A DNA stretch of 41,252 nt from Candidatus Rokuibacteriota bacterium (GCA_044866005.1 JBIOTN010000019.1:1-41252); one strand, 5' to 3'. Positions 16,998 to 26,875 are shown, numbered from the stretch's first letter. The notes: generated by a model from the letters alone, not told the origin. A program made the numbers and translations.

Positions 16998-18617
16998 CTA
17001 GAGCTCCCAGGGGGGGTCGATGGCGAGGGGCAGCTCGAGCAGCGTCGGGCCGGGCTGGCCCAGCGCCTTCTCCAGGGCGCGGGGCAGCCCCTCGAGCCCC
17101 GCCACGCGCTCCGTCTCGGCGCCGAAGGCGCGGGCCAGGAGGACGAAGTCCGGGTTCACGAGGTCCGCGTCCCCCGACCGGCCGAACAGCGCCTCCTGCA
17201 GCCACCGGATCGCGCCATAGCCGCCGTCGTTCAGGACGAGGAAGACGACCGGCAGCCGATACTTCACCGCCGTCGCCAGCTCGTTCACCGAGAAGAGAAA
17301 GCCGCCGTCCCCCACGACCGCGATCACCGGCCGGTCGGGCTGCGCGATCTTCGCGCCGATGGCGGCCGGCACGGCGTAGCCGAGCGTCGCCGAGCCGACC
17401 GGATAGAGGAAGGTCCGGGGCGCGTGGACGGGGAAGTGCCACTCCATCCAGTAGTTGATCCCCGTCTGGTCGTTCACGACGATGGCGTCGCGGTCGAGCC
17501 CCTCCCGCAGGATCCGGATGAGCCGCGCCACGGTGTCCGTGTACCGGGGGCCGCGCGCCGCGCGCCAACCCTGGAGCGCGCTCCAGTCCCAGGCCGACGC
17601 CGCCGGGCCGGGACCGAGCGCGTCGAGGAGCGCGGCGAGCCCGTCGCGGGCATCGCCGACGAGCCCGAGCGTCGGCGGGTGCATCTTGCCGATCACCCGC
17701 GGGTCGAGATCGAGGTGGATCAGCGCCTGGTCGGGCCGGAAGGCGAGCTGGAGGAGGAGCCCGCGCGTCGAGCGGTGGGCGAAGCGGCAGCCGATCGCGA
17801 GGACGACGTCGGCCGCCTCGATGGCCGGCTGGGTCGCCCGCTTGTTGGGGAGGACGCCGAGCCAGCGCCGGTCGGTCTCGTCCAGGATCCCACGGCCCAT
17901 GACCGTGGTGACGACGGGCGCGTCGAGTCGTCGCGCGAGGGCCTGGAGCTCCCCGCCCGCGTCCGCCGCGACCGTCCCGCCGCCCGCGATCAGGAGGGGA
18001 CGGCGCGCGCGGCGGAGCCGCGCGGCGGCCTCCTCGACGAGCCGCACGTCGCAGGGCGGCCGGCGCCCCTGTCCCGGGGGCGTGAGCGGCGCGGCGACCC
18101 GCGCGCCGAGGAGGTCGGTCGGCAGCGAGAGCGCGATCGGCCCGGGCCGCCCCGTGCGGAAGAGGTGGAAGGCGCCCTGGACGGCCCCCGGGATGTCGCG
18201 CGCGGCGGTCACCGTCTCGGCCCACCGGCAGACCGGGCGGAAGCAGTCGATCTGGTTCGGGACCTCGTGGAGCGCGCCGACGTCCCGGCCCACGAGCGCG
18301 CTCGGGATGTCGGACATGAGGAGGAGGACCGGCTGCGAGCCCGCGTACGCCTCGACGAGCGGCGTGAGCGCGTTGGTCGCGCCGGGGCCGGTGGTGACGA
18401 GCGCGACGCCCGGCCGCCCGGAGGCGCGCGCATAGCCGTCGGCCATGAAGCCCGCGCCCGCCTCGTGCCGCGTCACGAAGTGCCGGATCTCGGCCTGGCG
18501 GAGGAGGGCGTCGTAGATCGCGAGGTTGTGGATGCCGGGCAGGCCGAAGACGTCGCGCACGCCCTCGGCGCGAAGCGCCTCGACGACCCACTCCGCGCCG
18601 GTCCGCTCGGGGCTCAT
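16998..18617 (-). CDS. Thiamine-pyrophosphate-binding enzyme (acetolactate synthase-like)
   Basis: VFGLPGIHN, TRHEAGAGFMADGYAR, TTGPGATN, GDGGF...LNDGGYG. Confidence 0.9.
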   Translation of the reverse strand: MSPERTGAEWVVEALRAEGVRDVFGLPGIHNLAIYDALLRQAEIRHFVTRHEAGAGFMADGYARASGRPGVALVTTGPGATNALTPLVEAYAGSQPVLLLMSDIPSALVGRDVGALHEVPNQIDCFRPVCRWAETVTAARDIPGAVQGAFHLFRTGRPGPIALSLPTDLLGARVAAPLTPPGQGRRPPCDVRLVEEAAARLRRARRPLLIAGGGTVAADAGGELQALARRLDAPVVTTVMGRGILDETDRRWLGVLPNKRATQPAIEAADVVLAIGCRFAHRSTRGLLLQLAFRPDQALIHLDLDPRVIGKMHPPTLGLVGDARDGLAALLDALGPGPAASAWDWSALQGWRAARGPRYTDTVARLIRILREGLDRDAIVVNDQTGINYWMEWHFPVHAPRTFLYPVGSATLGYAVPAAIGAKIAQPDRPVIAVVGDGGFLFSVNELATAVKYRLPVVFLVLNDGGYGAIRWLQEALFGRSGDADLVNPDFVLLARAFGAETERVAGLEGLPRALEKALGQPGPTLLELPLAIDPPWEL

Positions 18618-18639
18618 CACGCCCGCCACTGCGGTCGAG

Positions 18640-19527
18640 TTAGCCGCGGAGGAGCGCGTCGGCGAGCCGGGTCGCGACCTCCCGGAGCGCCCGGCCGCCC
18701 GGGCTGTCGGGCTGGACGAGCACGAAGGGCCGCCCGCGATCGGCCGCCGTGGCCAGGCGCGGGTCGAAGGGGACGCGCCCGAGGAACGGGACACGGGCCT
18801 CGGCCGCAAGTTGCTCGCCGCCCGGCCCGTCGAAGAGCCGTCCGAGGCTCCCGCAGTGGACGCAGACGTACCCCGCCATGTTCTCCACGAGGCCGAGCAG
18901 GCGCGTGCCGGCCTGGCGCGCGAGCGCGATCGACTTCTTCACGACCAGATGCGAGACCTCGGAGGGAATGGTGACGACGATCGCCCCCGTGAGCTCCGGG
19001 AGGAGCCCGGCCACGGTCGGCAGCCGATCGGCCCCGGGCGGCAGGTCGATGAGCAGGACGTCGAGCGTCCCCCAGGTGGTGTCGGTGAGGAACTCGCGGA
19101 GCGCGCCCGCCTCCATGCTGCCGCGCCACGTGTGGGCCTCGGCCTGGGTCGGCGCGTCCCACACGACCGGGGTCTCGTCGGACGGGAGGAGCAGGTCCAT
19201 CGACAGGACCCGCACCCCGTCGGCGGAGACGGCCGGCGACACGCCCGCGTCCGTGACCTGGAGCCGCTCGCCCCGCACGCCGAGCATCTTGGCGATGGAC
19301 GGGCCGTTCAGGTCCGCGTCCAGCACGCCGACCGCGTAGCCCTCGGCGCCGAGGGCCGCGGCCACGTTCACCGTGATCGCGCTCTTCCCGACGCCGCCCT
19401 TGCCCGAGACCACGGCGATGGTCCGCCGGACCGTCGCCATGCGCGCGCGGAGGCGCGCCTGCTGCGCCTCGATCTGGCCGACGATGTCGGAGCCGCCGTC
19501 GCCCGCGAGGTCCCGGTAGCGCTTCAT
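18640..19527 (-). CDS. Mrp/NBP35 (ApbC) family Fe-S carrier ATPase
   Basis: SGKGGVGKS, LDADLNGPS, WGTLDVLLIDLPPG, VENMAGYVCVHC. Confidence 0.92.
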   Translation of the reverse strand: MKRYRDLAGDGGSDIVGQIEAQQARLRARMATVRRTIAVVSGKGGVGKSAITVNVAAALGAEGYAVGVLDADLNGPSIAKMLGVRGERLQVTDAGVSPAVSADGVRVLSMDLLLPSDETPVVWDAPTQAEAHTWRGSMEAGALREFLTDTTWGTLDVLLIDLPPGADRLPTVAGLLPELTGAIVVTIPSEVSHLVVKKSIALARQAGTRLLGLVENMAGYVCVHCGSLGRLFDGPGGEQLAAEARVPFLGRVPFDPRLATAADRGRPFVLVQPDSPGGRALREVATRLADALLRG

Positions 19528-19823
19528 GGCGTAACTACCCTCTCGAGACTCTCGCCACCGCGGGGAATGCGCGTGCCGCTGAGCAGGCGTAAGACAGGCT
19601 TCACGGCCCGATGCCGCAGCAATTGTCTCGCTGCGGCTGCGTGCGTCCGTAACCCCGACAGCGGCTCACCGCGAAAGTAGTAGCCACGGTGGGATGTGAA
19701 CAGCCGTCCCCCGATGCGGGCCTCCCGCTCGAAGACCGTCACCCGCGCCCGCCCGCGGAGCTCGTAGGCGGCGGACAACCCAGCCAGACCCGCGCCGACT
19801 ATTGCTACTGCTATATCGCCCAA
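19524..19823 (-). pseudogene. Truncated FAD-dependent oxidoreductase (N-terminal Rossmann fragment)
   Basis: VAIVGAGLAGLSAAYEL...VTVFE...IGGR, only 99 aa; GGAGG RBS; ATGA overlap with the Mrp gene. Confidence 0.6.
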
Positions 19824-19830
19824 TGACTCC

Positions 19831-20859
19831 TCACTCCCTTACGTCGTCTGGACCCTCGAGCGGGGCGGCGGCGGGGTCCTGGAGGTAGGCGCGGAAGCGC
19901 CGCATCAGCTCCGGCCCCAGGACGTCGCCGGAGGCGCCCGGCCGCTCCGTCTCGAAGTACCGGCGGATCGCCTCCAGCCGCTCCTGCGCTTCCGGGTTGA
20001 GGCTCACCAGGCGGAGCCGCTCCTTGGCGGCATCGAACGCGTCGAAGGTCAGCTCGGTGAACCCGAGCTCGCGGATGCGCTTCACCGCCTTCATCATCGC
20101 CTGGTTGCGGAATCGCGTGAGGAGCGGCGAGGTGATGACGCGGGCGCCCAGGCGCCGGGCCCGGCGCTCGGCCGCCTTGCGGATCCCCTCGCGCACGAAC
20201 TCGGGCGCGGTCTGGAGCCGCGCCCAGGCCTCGGGCGCCCACTCGAGCGGCTCCTCGCGCTCCGCGAGCCACACCTGCTGGAACACCTCCGCCGTCACGA
20301 CGCGCGCCCCGGCCCGGCGCGCCTCCACCTCGACGTCGCGCTTGAAGAGCATGATGACGAAGTCCGCCATCATCGGCGGGGTCCGGCCGAGGCGGCCGAG
20401 GAGCAGCGCCTCGGCCTCGGCCGTCCAGGGGAGCGGCGTCGCGCTCGCCTCGCCCTCGGCGAGCGACTCCGCGGCGCGGATCAGCTCCGGCGTCACGTGA
20501 GACGCGCCCTGCTCGGCTGCCAGCTCCTCGCAGATCCGCCGCGTGATGGGGCGCATGAACTCGGGGACCCCGACGAGGAGCGCCTCGGCCTCGGGCGTCC
20601 ACGGACGCGCGGCCCCGGGCACGGCGTACCCGCCTGCAGCGGCCAGACCCATCATCTCCTGCTTGTAGCGCGTCAAGAGCTCCGGCGTGATGACGGCGAT
20701 CCCTTCGGCGCGCGCCCGGCGCTCGGCCAGCCGGCGCACCATGCCGCGGAGGAACGCGGGGGCCAGCCGGAGCCGGGCCTCGGCCTCCGCAGTCCACCTG
20801 ATCGCGGGCGCGTCCGGTCCTCCCGCCGGCCCGCCCTCGGCGGCGGGACAGTCGCTCAC
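19831..20859 (-). CDS. Protein of four tandem PCP_red-like (BchB C-terminal-like) helical modules
   Basis: WTAEAEARLRLAPAFLR, WTPEAEALLVGVPEFMR, WTAEAEALL, WAPEAWARLQTAPEFVR repeats; GTGA overlap start. Confidence 0.82.
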   Translation of the reverse strand: MSDCPAAEGGPAGGPDAPAIRWTAEAEARLRLAPAFLRGMVRRLAERRARAEGIAVITPELLTRYKQEMMGLAAAGGYAVPGAARPWTPEAEALLVGVPEFMRPITRRICEELAAEQGASHVTPELIRAAESLAEGEASATPLPWTAEAEALLLGRLGRTPPMMADFVIMLFKRDVEVEARRAGARVVTAEVFQQVWLAEREEPLEWAPEAWARLQTAPEFVREGIRKAAERRARRLGARVITSPLLTRFRNQAMMKAVKRIRELGFTELTFDAFDAAKERLRLVSLNPEAQERLEAIRRYFETERPGASGDVLGPELMRRFRAYLQDPAAAPLEGPDDVRE

Positions 20860-21284
20860 GGCGGCAAATTCCACCCCGCGCGCGCCACCATGAAGGCTGC
20901 CATAAGCGCGATCGCGGCGAACACCCAGGCACCGAGCGACATGGAGACCTCGCCGCCGCCCGGCAGGGGCACGGTCGGGACGTTCGGCGCCCACGCCACC
21001 TGCACCACCCCGACGACGCGGACCAGCAGGAAGAGCGCCAGGAGCCGCGTGAACCAGAGATACCCCCGGTGTCGGGCCCCACGGCCGATCAGCCAGGGGA
21101 AGAGCACCACGAAGAGCGCGCCGATCGTAATGGTGAAGAGGGCGAGCCACGCGGGGCTCGAGCGCGTGGCGCCCCGGGCACCGATTCCGATCGCGGTCAG
21201 GTAGACCGCGCCAACCAGGTAGACCAGGCCATAGCCGAAGTACGTCCAGGCCGCCTGGCGGAACTTGGCCTCGCGGGTCGTCAT
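20856..21284 (-). CDS. Hypothetical membrane protein (about 4 TM)
   Basis: Four hydrophobic segments; tightly packed in the operon; GAGG RBS. Confidence 0.75.
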   Translation of the reverse strand: MTTREAKFRQAAWTYFGYGLVYLVGAVYLTAIGIGARGATRSSPAWLALFTITIGALFVVLFPWLIGRGARHRGYLWFTRLLALFLLVRVVGVVQVAWAPNVPTVPLPGGGEVSMSLGAWVFAAIALMAAFMVARAGWNLPP

Positions 21285-21290
21285 GACGCC

Positions 21291-22655
21291 TCACTCCGCG
21301 GGCGGGGCGGGCGCCGGGGCGCGGGGCGTGAAGGGGCGGCGCGCGCCGAGCCCCCAGCGCTCCCGCACCTCGGCCATCAGGCCCGGCGAGACGGCCGCCG
21401 CGCCCTGGCTCCTCGCGTAGGCCTCCACCGCCTGGACGACCATGCCGCGGGCGAATCCGGGGATCGCGTCGAGCCGCGCCCGCGCGGCCGGCTCCCAGGG
21501 GAGCGTCAGCCGGACCTCCAGGCCGAAGGTCTGCTCCCCCGGCAGGCGGAGGACCGCCCCGCCGTACCGCCCGGGCTCGTAAGCGCAGGCCGGGTCCTCC
21601 GCCAGGTAGTCGCCGGACGCGGCGTAGGCCCGGCAGCGGCAGCCGCCGCAGATCACCTGGAACTCGCAGGCGCCGCAGCGACCGCCGAGTCGAGGCTCGC
21701 GGAGCTCGGCGAAGAGGGCGGCCCGCTCCCAGAGCTCGGCGAACCCGGCCTCGCGCAGGTTCCCGGCGGCGACGGGCAGGTACGGGCACGGGGTGACGTC
21801 CCCGGTCGGCGTGATCCGGCAGTAGTACTTCCCGGCCGGGCAGGAGCCATGGGCGTAATTCGCCAGGAGCGGCGAGCCGGGATCGAGCTCCCAGAGGATC
21901 CGCCGGAAGTGCGGGGCGCACTTGGCCCGGATGAGGAGGTCGCCGGCCCGGCCCGCCGGGACGCTCCAGGGGTCCTCGCGGTCGAGGACCGCCGGGGGGG
22001 CGGCGGGCGGTCCGACGCCCTGGACGCGCGCCAGGTAGCCCAGGATGGCCTCGTACTGCGATGGGGTGATGTCCGTGAGCCGCTCGCCCCGTCCCGTGCG
22101 GACCAGGAAGAAGAAATTGAGCACGCGGGCGCCGAGCTCGCGCGCCAGGTCGATCATGGCCGGGATCTCGCCGACGTTCCAGTCGGTCACGCTCATGTGG
22201 ATCGAGAAGTCGAGCCCTTCGCCGCGGAGCGCCCGGGTCGCCCGCACCGCGCCCTCCCAGGCGCCCGGCAGGTGGCGGAAGGCGTCGTGCCGCGCCGCGT
22301 CCGTCGAGTCGAGGCTGAGCGAGGCGCCCTGGATCCCGTGCGCGCGCATGAGCCGCGCCTGCTTCTCGCGGAGCAGGACCCCGTTGGTCCCGAGAACGAC
22401 CGTGAACCCGCGGTCGCGCCCGTGCGCGGCGAGCTCGAAGAGGTCGCGCCGCAGGAGCGGCTCGCCGCCGGTGAGGATCAGGAAGACGTGCGGGTTCACG
22501 CGGGCGATCTCGTCGATCACCCGCCGGCACTCCGCCGTCGACAGCTCGCCGCGCGTGTCGGCGCCGGCGAAGGCCGACATGTAGCAGTGCGCGCACTCGA
22601 GGTTGCAGCGCTGGGTGAGGTTCCAGGAGACCGAGTAGGCGGTGTAGGTCGTCAA
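21291..22655 (-). CDS. Radical SAM/SPASM protein, AhbD/NirJ-like, with C-terminal PCP_red-like module
   Basis: WNLTQRCNLECAHC, LTGGEPL, CAPHF, SPASM CPAG...CPY...CGACEFQVICGGCRCRA...DPAC, WEPAARARLDAIPGFAR. Confidence 0.88.
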   Translation of the reverse strand: MTTYTAYSVSWNLTQRCNLECAHCYMSAFAGADTRGELSTAECRRVIDEIARVNPHVFLILTGGEPLLRRDLFELAAHGRDRGFTVVLGTNGVLLREKQARLMRAHGIQGASLSLDSTDAARHDAFRHLPGAWEGAVRATRALRGEGLDFSIHMSVTDWNVGEIPAMIDLARELGARVLNFFFLVRTGRGERLTDITPSQYEAILGYLARVQGVGPPAAPPAVLDREDPWSVPAGRAGDLLIRAKCAPHFRRILWELDPGSPLLANYAHGSCPAGKYYCRITPTGDVTPCPYLPVAAGNLREAGFAELWERAALFAELREPRLGGRCGACEFQVICGGCRCRAYAASGDYLAEDPACAYEPGRYGGAVLRLPGEQTFGLEVRLTLPWEPAARARLDAIPGFARGMVVQAVEAYARSQGAAAVSPGLMAEVRERWGLGARRPFTPRAPAPAPPAE

Positions 22656-22656
22656 C

Positions 22657-24561
22657 TCAGGACGACGGCTTCCGCTGCTGGATGTAGCCGGCGATCACCT
22701 CGTTCATCGTGGTGCGGGCGTGGCCGATCCCCTCCTCGCAGAGGGCCAGGTCGACGATGCCCACCTGCCGCGCGCGCGCCACCTTCTCGATCTCCTCGCG
22801 CGTCATGTCGCGCATGAACCCCGCCGGGACGCGGCCGAGCCGCGCCACGGCGTCCTCGGTCCAGGTGAACTCGCCGCCCGGGCTCGACACCTCCGCGAAG
22901 CTCGCCGGCTCGAACCGGGTGTGGGCGATGAGCGTCTCCCAGCCCGCCCCCAGCTTGTCGCGGCCCACCGTCTCCTCGATCAAGGGGAAGGCGAGCTCCT
23001 TGGTGATCACCGGGATCTTCCGCGCCCGGGCATACTTCTCGATGCGGGCCTTGGCGCGGCGCCGGAGGTAGGCGTCGGTCACCTCGCGCAGGCCCTCCCG
23101 GGCCTCGTTGGCCCAGCGCACGGTCACGCCGGGCATGACCTCCTCCTCGGCGATGCCGCCCTCCGCCGTCGCGATCGCCTCGACCACGCCGCGGTCGATG
23201 GTCGCGAACCGCTCGGGCCCCGCGCCGCAGACGGGACACTTCACGACCGGGTTCGGCCCCTTGACCGCGTAGCCGCAGACGGAGCAGATCGCGGAGACCG
23301 CCGTCTCCTCGGCGCGGAGCTTGGCCACGGCCAGGTCCTCCGCGAGGATCTGCATCTTTTCCGCCATGCGGCCCGGCATGAAGATCGCCATCGCCTCGTC
23401 GATGACCTTGGACGTGATGACCGTGTGCCCCTGCTCGATCGCGTAGCGGAGGAGCGCGGTCCGGGCGACCCCGGCCACGGCCGCCGGCACCCGCTTCATG
23501 CGCGCCTCCGCCTCTTCGGTCCAGGAGATGATCTCCTCCGCCTTGACGTCGAGGGGCGGGTAAAACTTGCCGCCGGTCAGGAGCACGTTGCACGGGGCGA
23601 GGCGGAGCAGGTTCTCCGTGTTCGAGCCGAGGTCGGTCTCACCCTCGTCCGAGTGGACGCCGACCCGCCCCAGGATCAGGAGCCACGGCTGCTCCTTCCG
23701 GCAGAACTGGAGGATCTTCTCGAAGCACTTCCCGTCGAGGAGGGTGATGGCCATGTCCACGCCCGCCTCCGCGGCGAGCTTCCGCCCGATCTCGAGGTGC
23801 GACTGGTAGATCTTGGCGAGGCCCGTGTCGATGATCTCCTCGTGGAGCTGCTCCTGCTCCTTGAAGCGGAAGACCTTGGAGGCCTTCTCGGAGAGCACGC
23901 CCACGATGCCGTTGAACATCGCGTAGTGGAGGTAGGGGTCGTACACCGCCACCGCGGCGAGCGGCCGGCCGAGCGCGCGCGCGAGCGCGAGGCCGATCCG
24001 GAGGCCCTGGAAGGACTGCGGGCTGCCGTCGAGCCCCACGACGATCGCGCCTTGCCGGGCTTCCAGCGTGTCCGTGCTCCGGACGACCAGCGTGTCGATG
24101 GGGACCCGCCGGACGAAGCGCTCGGTGACGGAGCCGAGCTGGCTGTCCCGGACCGCCCCGAGTCCGAGCGCGCCCATGACCACGAGGTCGGCGTCGCCGC
24201 CGCGGACGTCGTCGATCAGCGCCTTGTAGTGCTTGCCGTCCATCATGCGGCGCTCGAAGGGCAGGCCGGCGGCCTCGGCCTTCCTCGCCATCACGTCGAG
24301 GTAGGAGTCCGAGATGAGCTGGAGCCCCATGGCGATCAGGGAGTCGTGGATCTTCCGCTGCCGCTCGAGCTCCGTCTCGTCCTTGTACTCGTCCGGCAGC
24401 GTGTACTCCATCTGCTTGAACCGGTAGTCGTGGAGCCGCGCCGCGTAGACGTGACACCCCACGAGGGACGCGCCGCACGCGCGGCCCAGCTCGACGGCCA
24501 GGTCGATCGCGCGGTTCGAGTAGTCCGAGTTGTCGACCGGCACGTAGATCTTCCGGAACAT
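22657..24561 (-). CDS. Tandem universal stress protein domains + PCP_red-like modules + rubredoxin-like CxxC..CxxC domain
   Basis: IYVPVDNS, IVVGLDGS, LGSVTE, LGSNTENL; CSVCGY...CPVCGA; three WxxxAxxxL/M modules. Confidence 0.88.
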   Translation of the reverse strand: MFRKIYVPVDNSDYSNRAIDLAVELGRACGASLVGCHVYAARLHDYRFKQMEYTLPDEYKDETELERQRKIHDSLIAMGLQLISDSYLDVMARKAEAAGLPFERRMMDGKHYKALIDDVRGGDADLVVMGALGLGAVRDSQLGSVTERFVRRVPIDTLVVRSTDTLEARQGAIVVGLDGSPQSFQGLRIGLALARALGRPLAAVAVYDPYLHYAMFNGIVGVLSEKASKVFRFKEQEQLHEEIIDTGLAKIYQSHLEIGRKLAAEAGVDMAITLLDGKCFEKILQFCRKEQPWLLILGRVGVHSDEGETDLGSNTENLLRLAPCNVLLTGGKFYPPLDVKAEEIISWTEEAEARMKRVPAAVAGVARTALLRYAIEQGHTVITSKVIDEAMAIFMPGRMAEKMQILAEDLAVAKLRAEETAVSAICSVCGYAVKGPNPVVKCPVCGAGPERFATIDRGVVEAIATAEGGIAEEEVMPGVTVRWANEAREGLREVTDAYLRRRAKARIEKYARARKIPVITKELAFPLIEETVGRDKLGAGWETLIAHTRFEPASFAEVSSPGGEFTWTEDAVARLGRVPAGFMRDMTREEIEKVARARQVGIVDLALCEEGIGHARTTMNEVIAGYIQQRKPSS

Positions 24562-24624
24562 GGGCACTCTCCCCAGCTACGGGTTCGAGGACTCTGCGCC
24601 GTTGCGACGCACGCCCGCGGCGGC

Positions 24625-25380
24625 TCACTTCAGGTCGAAGTCGACCGTCACCTGTCCCTTCGCCGGCACCGTGACGTCCTGGCTCAGGACGCGAGGCGCG
24701 TCGTAGACGACGCGCCCGTCCTTGTCCCTGCCCGCGACGAGCCAGCCTTCGTGCCAGGCCACCACCCGGTACCGGCCCGGCGGGATCTCGCCGATCCGGA
24801 ACCGACCGCCCTCGTCGCTCACCGCGAAGTAGGGATTGTCACGGACCAGGATCCAGGCGCGCATGTGGGTGTGCGCGTCGCACTGGACGTCGATCACGCC
24901 CACCTTCTTGATGCGCTGGGTGATGTCGATCACCTGGTCCTTGTTCGGCAGGGCCACGTTGAAGACCGTGACCTTGTCGTGGAAGCCGTGGGTGTTGTGG
25001 AGGATCGGATCGGCGTTCTTGATCCGGACCTTCGCGCCCGCCATCACGGCGGCGACGTGCGGCACGAAGAGACACTTGGCGTTGTCGAGCTCGAACTCCG
25101 CGGGCTTCTTCCCGCGCTCGACGCCCTCGAGGTAGACCACCGCGTTCTTGACCCCCCGCTCCGGGCCGACGACGAGCGCCTGGAACGCCTTCGACTCGCC
25201 GCACACGTCGAGGTTCTTGCGGACCGGGATGGGCTCGCCCTTGACGGGCTCCCCCGTGAACCGGACCCGCCCCAGGAGCGTCCCGCCGTCGGCGACGGGC
25301 GCCTCGACGTAGGCCCGGGCGGGACACGGCGCGGCAGCCAGCGCCAGGGCGACGACGAGCCGGCCGGCCATCATTCGCAT
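24625..25380 (-). CDS. Secreted carboxypeptidase-regulatory-like/cupredoxin-like protein
   Basis: Signal peptide; NADPILHNTH, CDAHTHM, IPPGRY..VAWHE. Confidence 0.82.
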   Translation of the reverse strand: MRMMAGRLVVALALAAAPCPARAYVEAPVADGGTLLGRVRFTGEPVKGEPIPVRKNLDVCGESKAFQALVVGPERGVKNAVVYLEGVERGKKPAEFELDNAKCLFVPHVAAVMAGAKVRIKNADPILHNTHGFHDKVTVFNVALPNKDQVIDITQRIKKVGVIDVQCDAHTHMRAWILVRDNPYFAVSDEGGRFRIGEIPPGRYRVVAWHEGWLVAGRDKDGRVVYDAPRVLSQDVTVPAKGQVTVDFDLK

Positions 25381-25432
25381 CCTGCGCGCTGGCCTCCCCC
25401 CACGGTTGCCCGCGACGCCGGCCGCGCGGGGC

Positions 25433-25804
25433 TCACCGCGGGGGCCGATCGTCGACCGGATCGACGAGGTAGTCGAGACTGAGCCAGAGGCTCTTGCTGT
25501 ACCGGAAGAACCAGAGGGGAAACGCCACGGCGAAGGCGCCCCAGAGCAGGAGCTGGAGGCCGAGCGGCGGGTGAAGCCAGGCGTCCAGGACGAAGTAGCC
25601 GGGCATGGCGATGAGCACGGTCATCCCGTAGTTCAGGTAGATCGCGCCGACGAAGTACCCCGGCTCGCGCTCGAAGACGAGCTGGCAGGCCGGACACCGC
25701 TGGTGGATCCGGAACCGCCCCGCGAAGATCCGCCCCGCGCCGCAGCGCGGGCAGCGGAGACGGAGCCCCCGCGCGACGACCCGGCGCAGCCGTGGGAGGT
25801 CCAC
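25433..25804 (-). CDS. DUF983-family membrane protein
   Basis: RCPRCG...CPAC...EREPGYFVGAIYLNY plus two TM helices. Confidence 0.82.
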   Translation of the reverse strand: MDLPRLRRVVARGLRLRCPRCGAGRIFAGRFRIHQRCPACQLVFEREPGYFVGAIYLNYGMTVLIAMPGYFVLDAWLHPPLGLQLLLWGAFAVAFPLWFFRYSKSLWLSLDYLVDPVDDRPPR

Positions 25805-25844
25805 GCTCGACTCACGCCGCCGCTCCCCGGAGGGAGAGCACCGC

Positions 25845-26186
25845 TCAGTGCGCCGCCGGCGCCGCGACCTTCGCCTCGTCGGCCGTCCGGTGCTCGACCC
25901 CGCGATGGTCGGGCAGCAGGACGAACACGAGGAGCGTGGCGATGGCCAGCGGGGTGAGCGCGATGTAGCCGAGCGTCCGGGTCTCGAAGCGCAGGTGCAT
26001 GAAGTACATGGCCACCAGCGCGGCCTTGGACACGGCGAGGGCCACCAGCAGCATGCCGATGACGAAGCGGGCCAGCGGCGTGTAGATCACGGCGATCTCG
26101 ATCACGGTGAGCGCGGCGAGCCACCAGAAGATCGCCATGTAGTTCGGGTCCTTGTGCGCGGTGGTTGCGGCGTGTGTCTCGGCCAT
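25845..26186 (-). CDS. ctaF: Cytochrome c oxidase subunit IV
   Basis: LAVSKAALVAMYFMHLRFE; position in the cox operon. Confidence 0.88.
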   Translation of the reverse strand: MAETHAATTAHKDPNYMAIFWWLAALTVIEIAVIYTPLARFVIGMLLVALAVSKAALVAMYFMHLRFETRTLGYIALTPLAIATLLVFVLLPDHRGVEHRTADEAKVAAPAAH

Positions 26187-26220
26187 CGCCCTCAGCTCCC
26201 TTTCCGTCCGGCGCGGATCC

Positions 26221-26838
26221 CTAGAGGAGATAGACGAAGGTGAACACCATGATCCACACGAGGTCCACGAAGTGCCAGTACAGCCCGGCGATCTCCGTGA
26301 TCATGTAGCTGTAGCGCGTGTCCTTGAACCGGGAGACCGCACCCAGGATGACGGAAAGGTAGATCACGCCGCCCGTCACGTGAAGGCCGTGGAACCCCGT
26401 GATGATGAAGAAGCTCGCGCCGAAGAGCGTCGCGCCCCACGGGTTGCCGAAGATCCGGAGTCCGGTCTCGATCAGGTGCGTCCACTCGAAGGCCTGGAGC
26501 CCGAGGAAGACGAGACCGCCGGCGATCGTGGCGCGGAGGAACCACCGCGCCGCGCCGAGCCGGGAGTGCTTGATCGACTCGAGCGCCTTGACCATCGTGA
26601 CGCTCGAGCAGATGAGGAGGAAGGTCATCAGGGCCGTGAGCCCGATGCCCAGCACCTTCGAGGGCGGGGGCCAGTCGGCGCTGGAGGCCCGGGCGGCGCC
26701 GTACGACGCGAGCAGGACGCCGAAGCCGACGGCGTCCCCCGCGAGGAAGATCCACATCCCGAGCTTGCCCCAGCTCTCCGGCGTGAGCGGCGACTCCGCC
26801 GGCTCGACGCCCGGATGCGACAGCGCGACGTCAGTCAC
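26221..26838 (-). CDS. ctaE: Heme-copper oxidase subunit III (second copy)
   Basis: KLGMWIFL, ITGFHGLHV, GLYWHFVDLVW; AAGGAG RBS before GTG. Confidence 0.9.
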   Translation of the reverse strand: MTDVALSHPGVEPAESPLTPESWGKLGMWIFLAGDAVGFGVLLASYGAARASSADWPPPSKVLGIGLTALMTFLLICSSVTMVKALESIKHSRLGAARWFLRATIAGGLVFLGLQAFEWTHLIETGLRIFGNPWGATLFGASFFIITGFHGLHVTGGVIYLSVILGAVSRFKDTRYSYMITEIAGLYWHFVDLVWIMVFTFVYLL

Positions 26839-26875
26839 GATCGGCTTCTCCTTGTCGTCATGTCGGAACACGCCC

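Noticed and set aside
15739..18591. Apparent 950-aa transposase fusion in the ORF track
   Set aside because: The real start is ATG 16845 with an RBS. The upstream extension crosses the IS end and overlaps the ThDP gene in another frame.
19831..22596. Apparent 921-aa ORF (similarly the 1069-aa 8991-12200 and 921-aa 35496-38261 ORFs)
   Set aside because: Off-frame N-terminal extensions over upstream genes; true starts are at 20859, 11630 and 36413.
19831..24561. Photosynthesis or chlorophyll biosynthesis inferred from PCP_red modules
   Set aside because: Only the small C-terminal module is present; no BchL/N/B catalytic domains.
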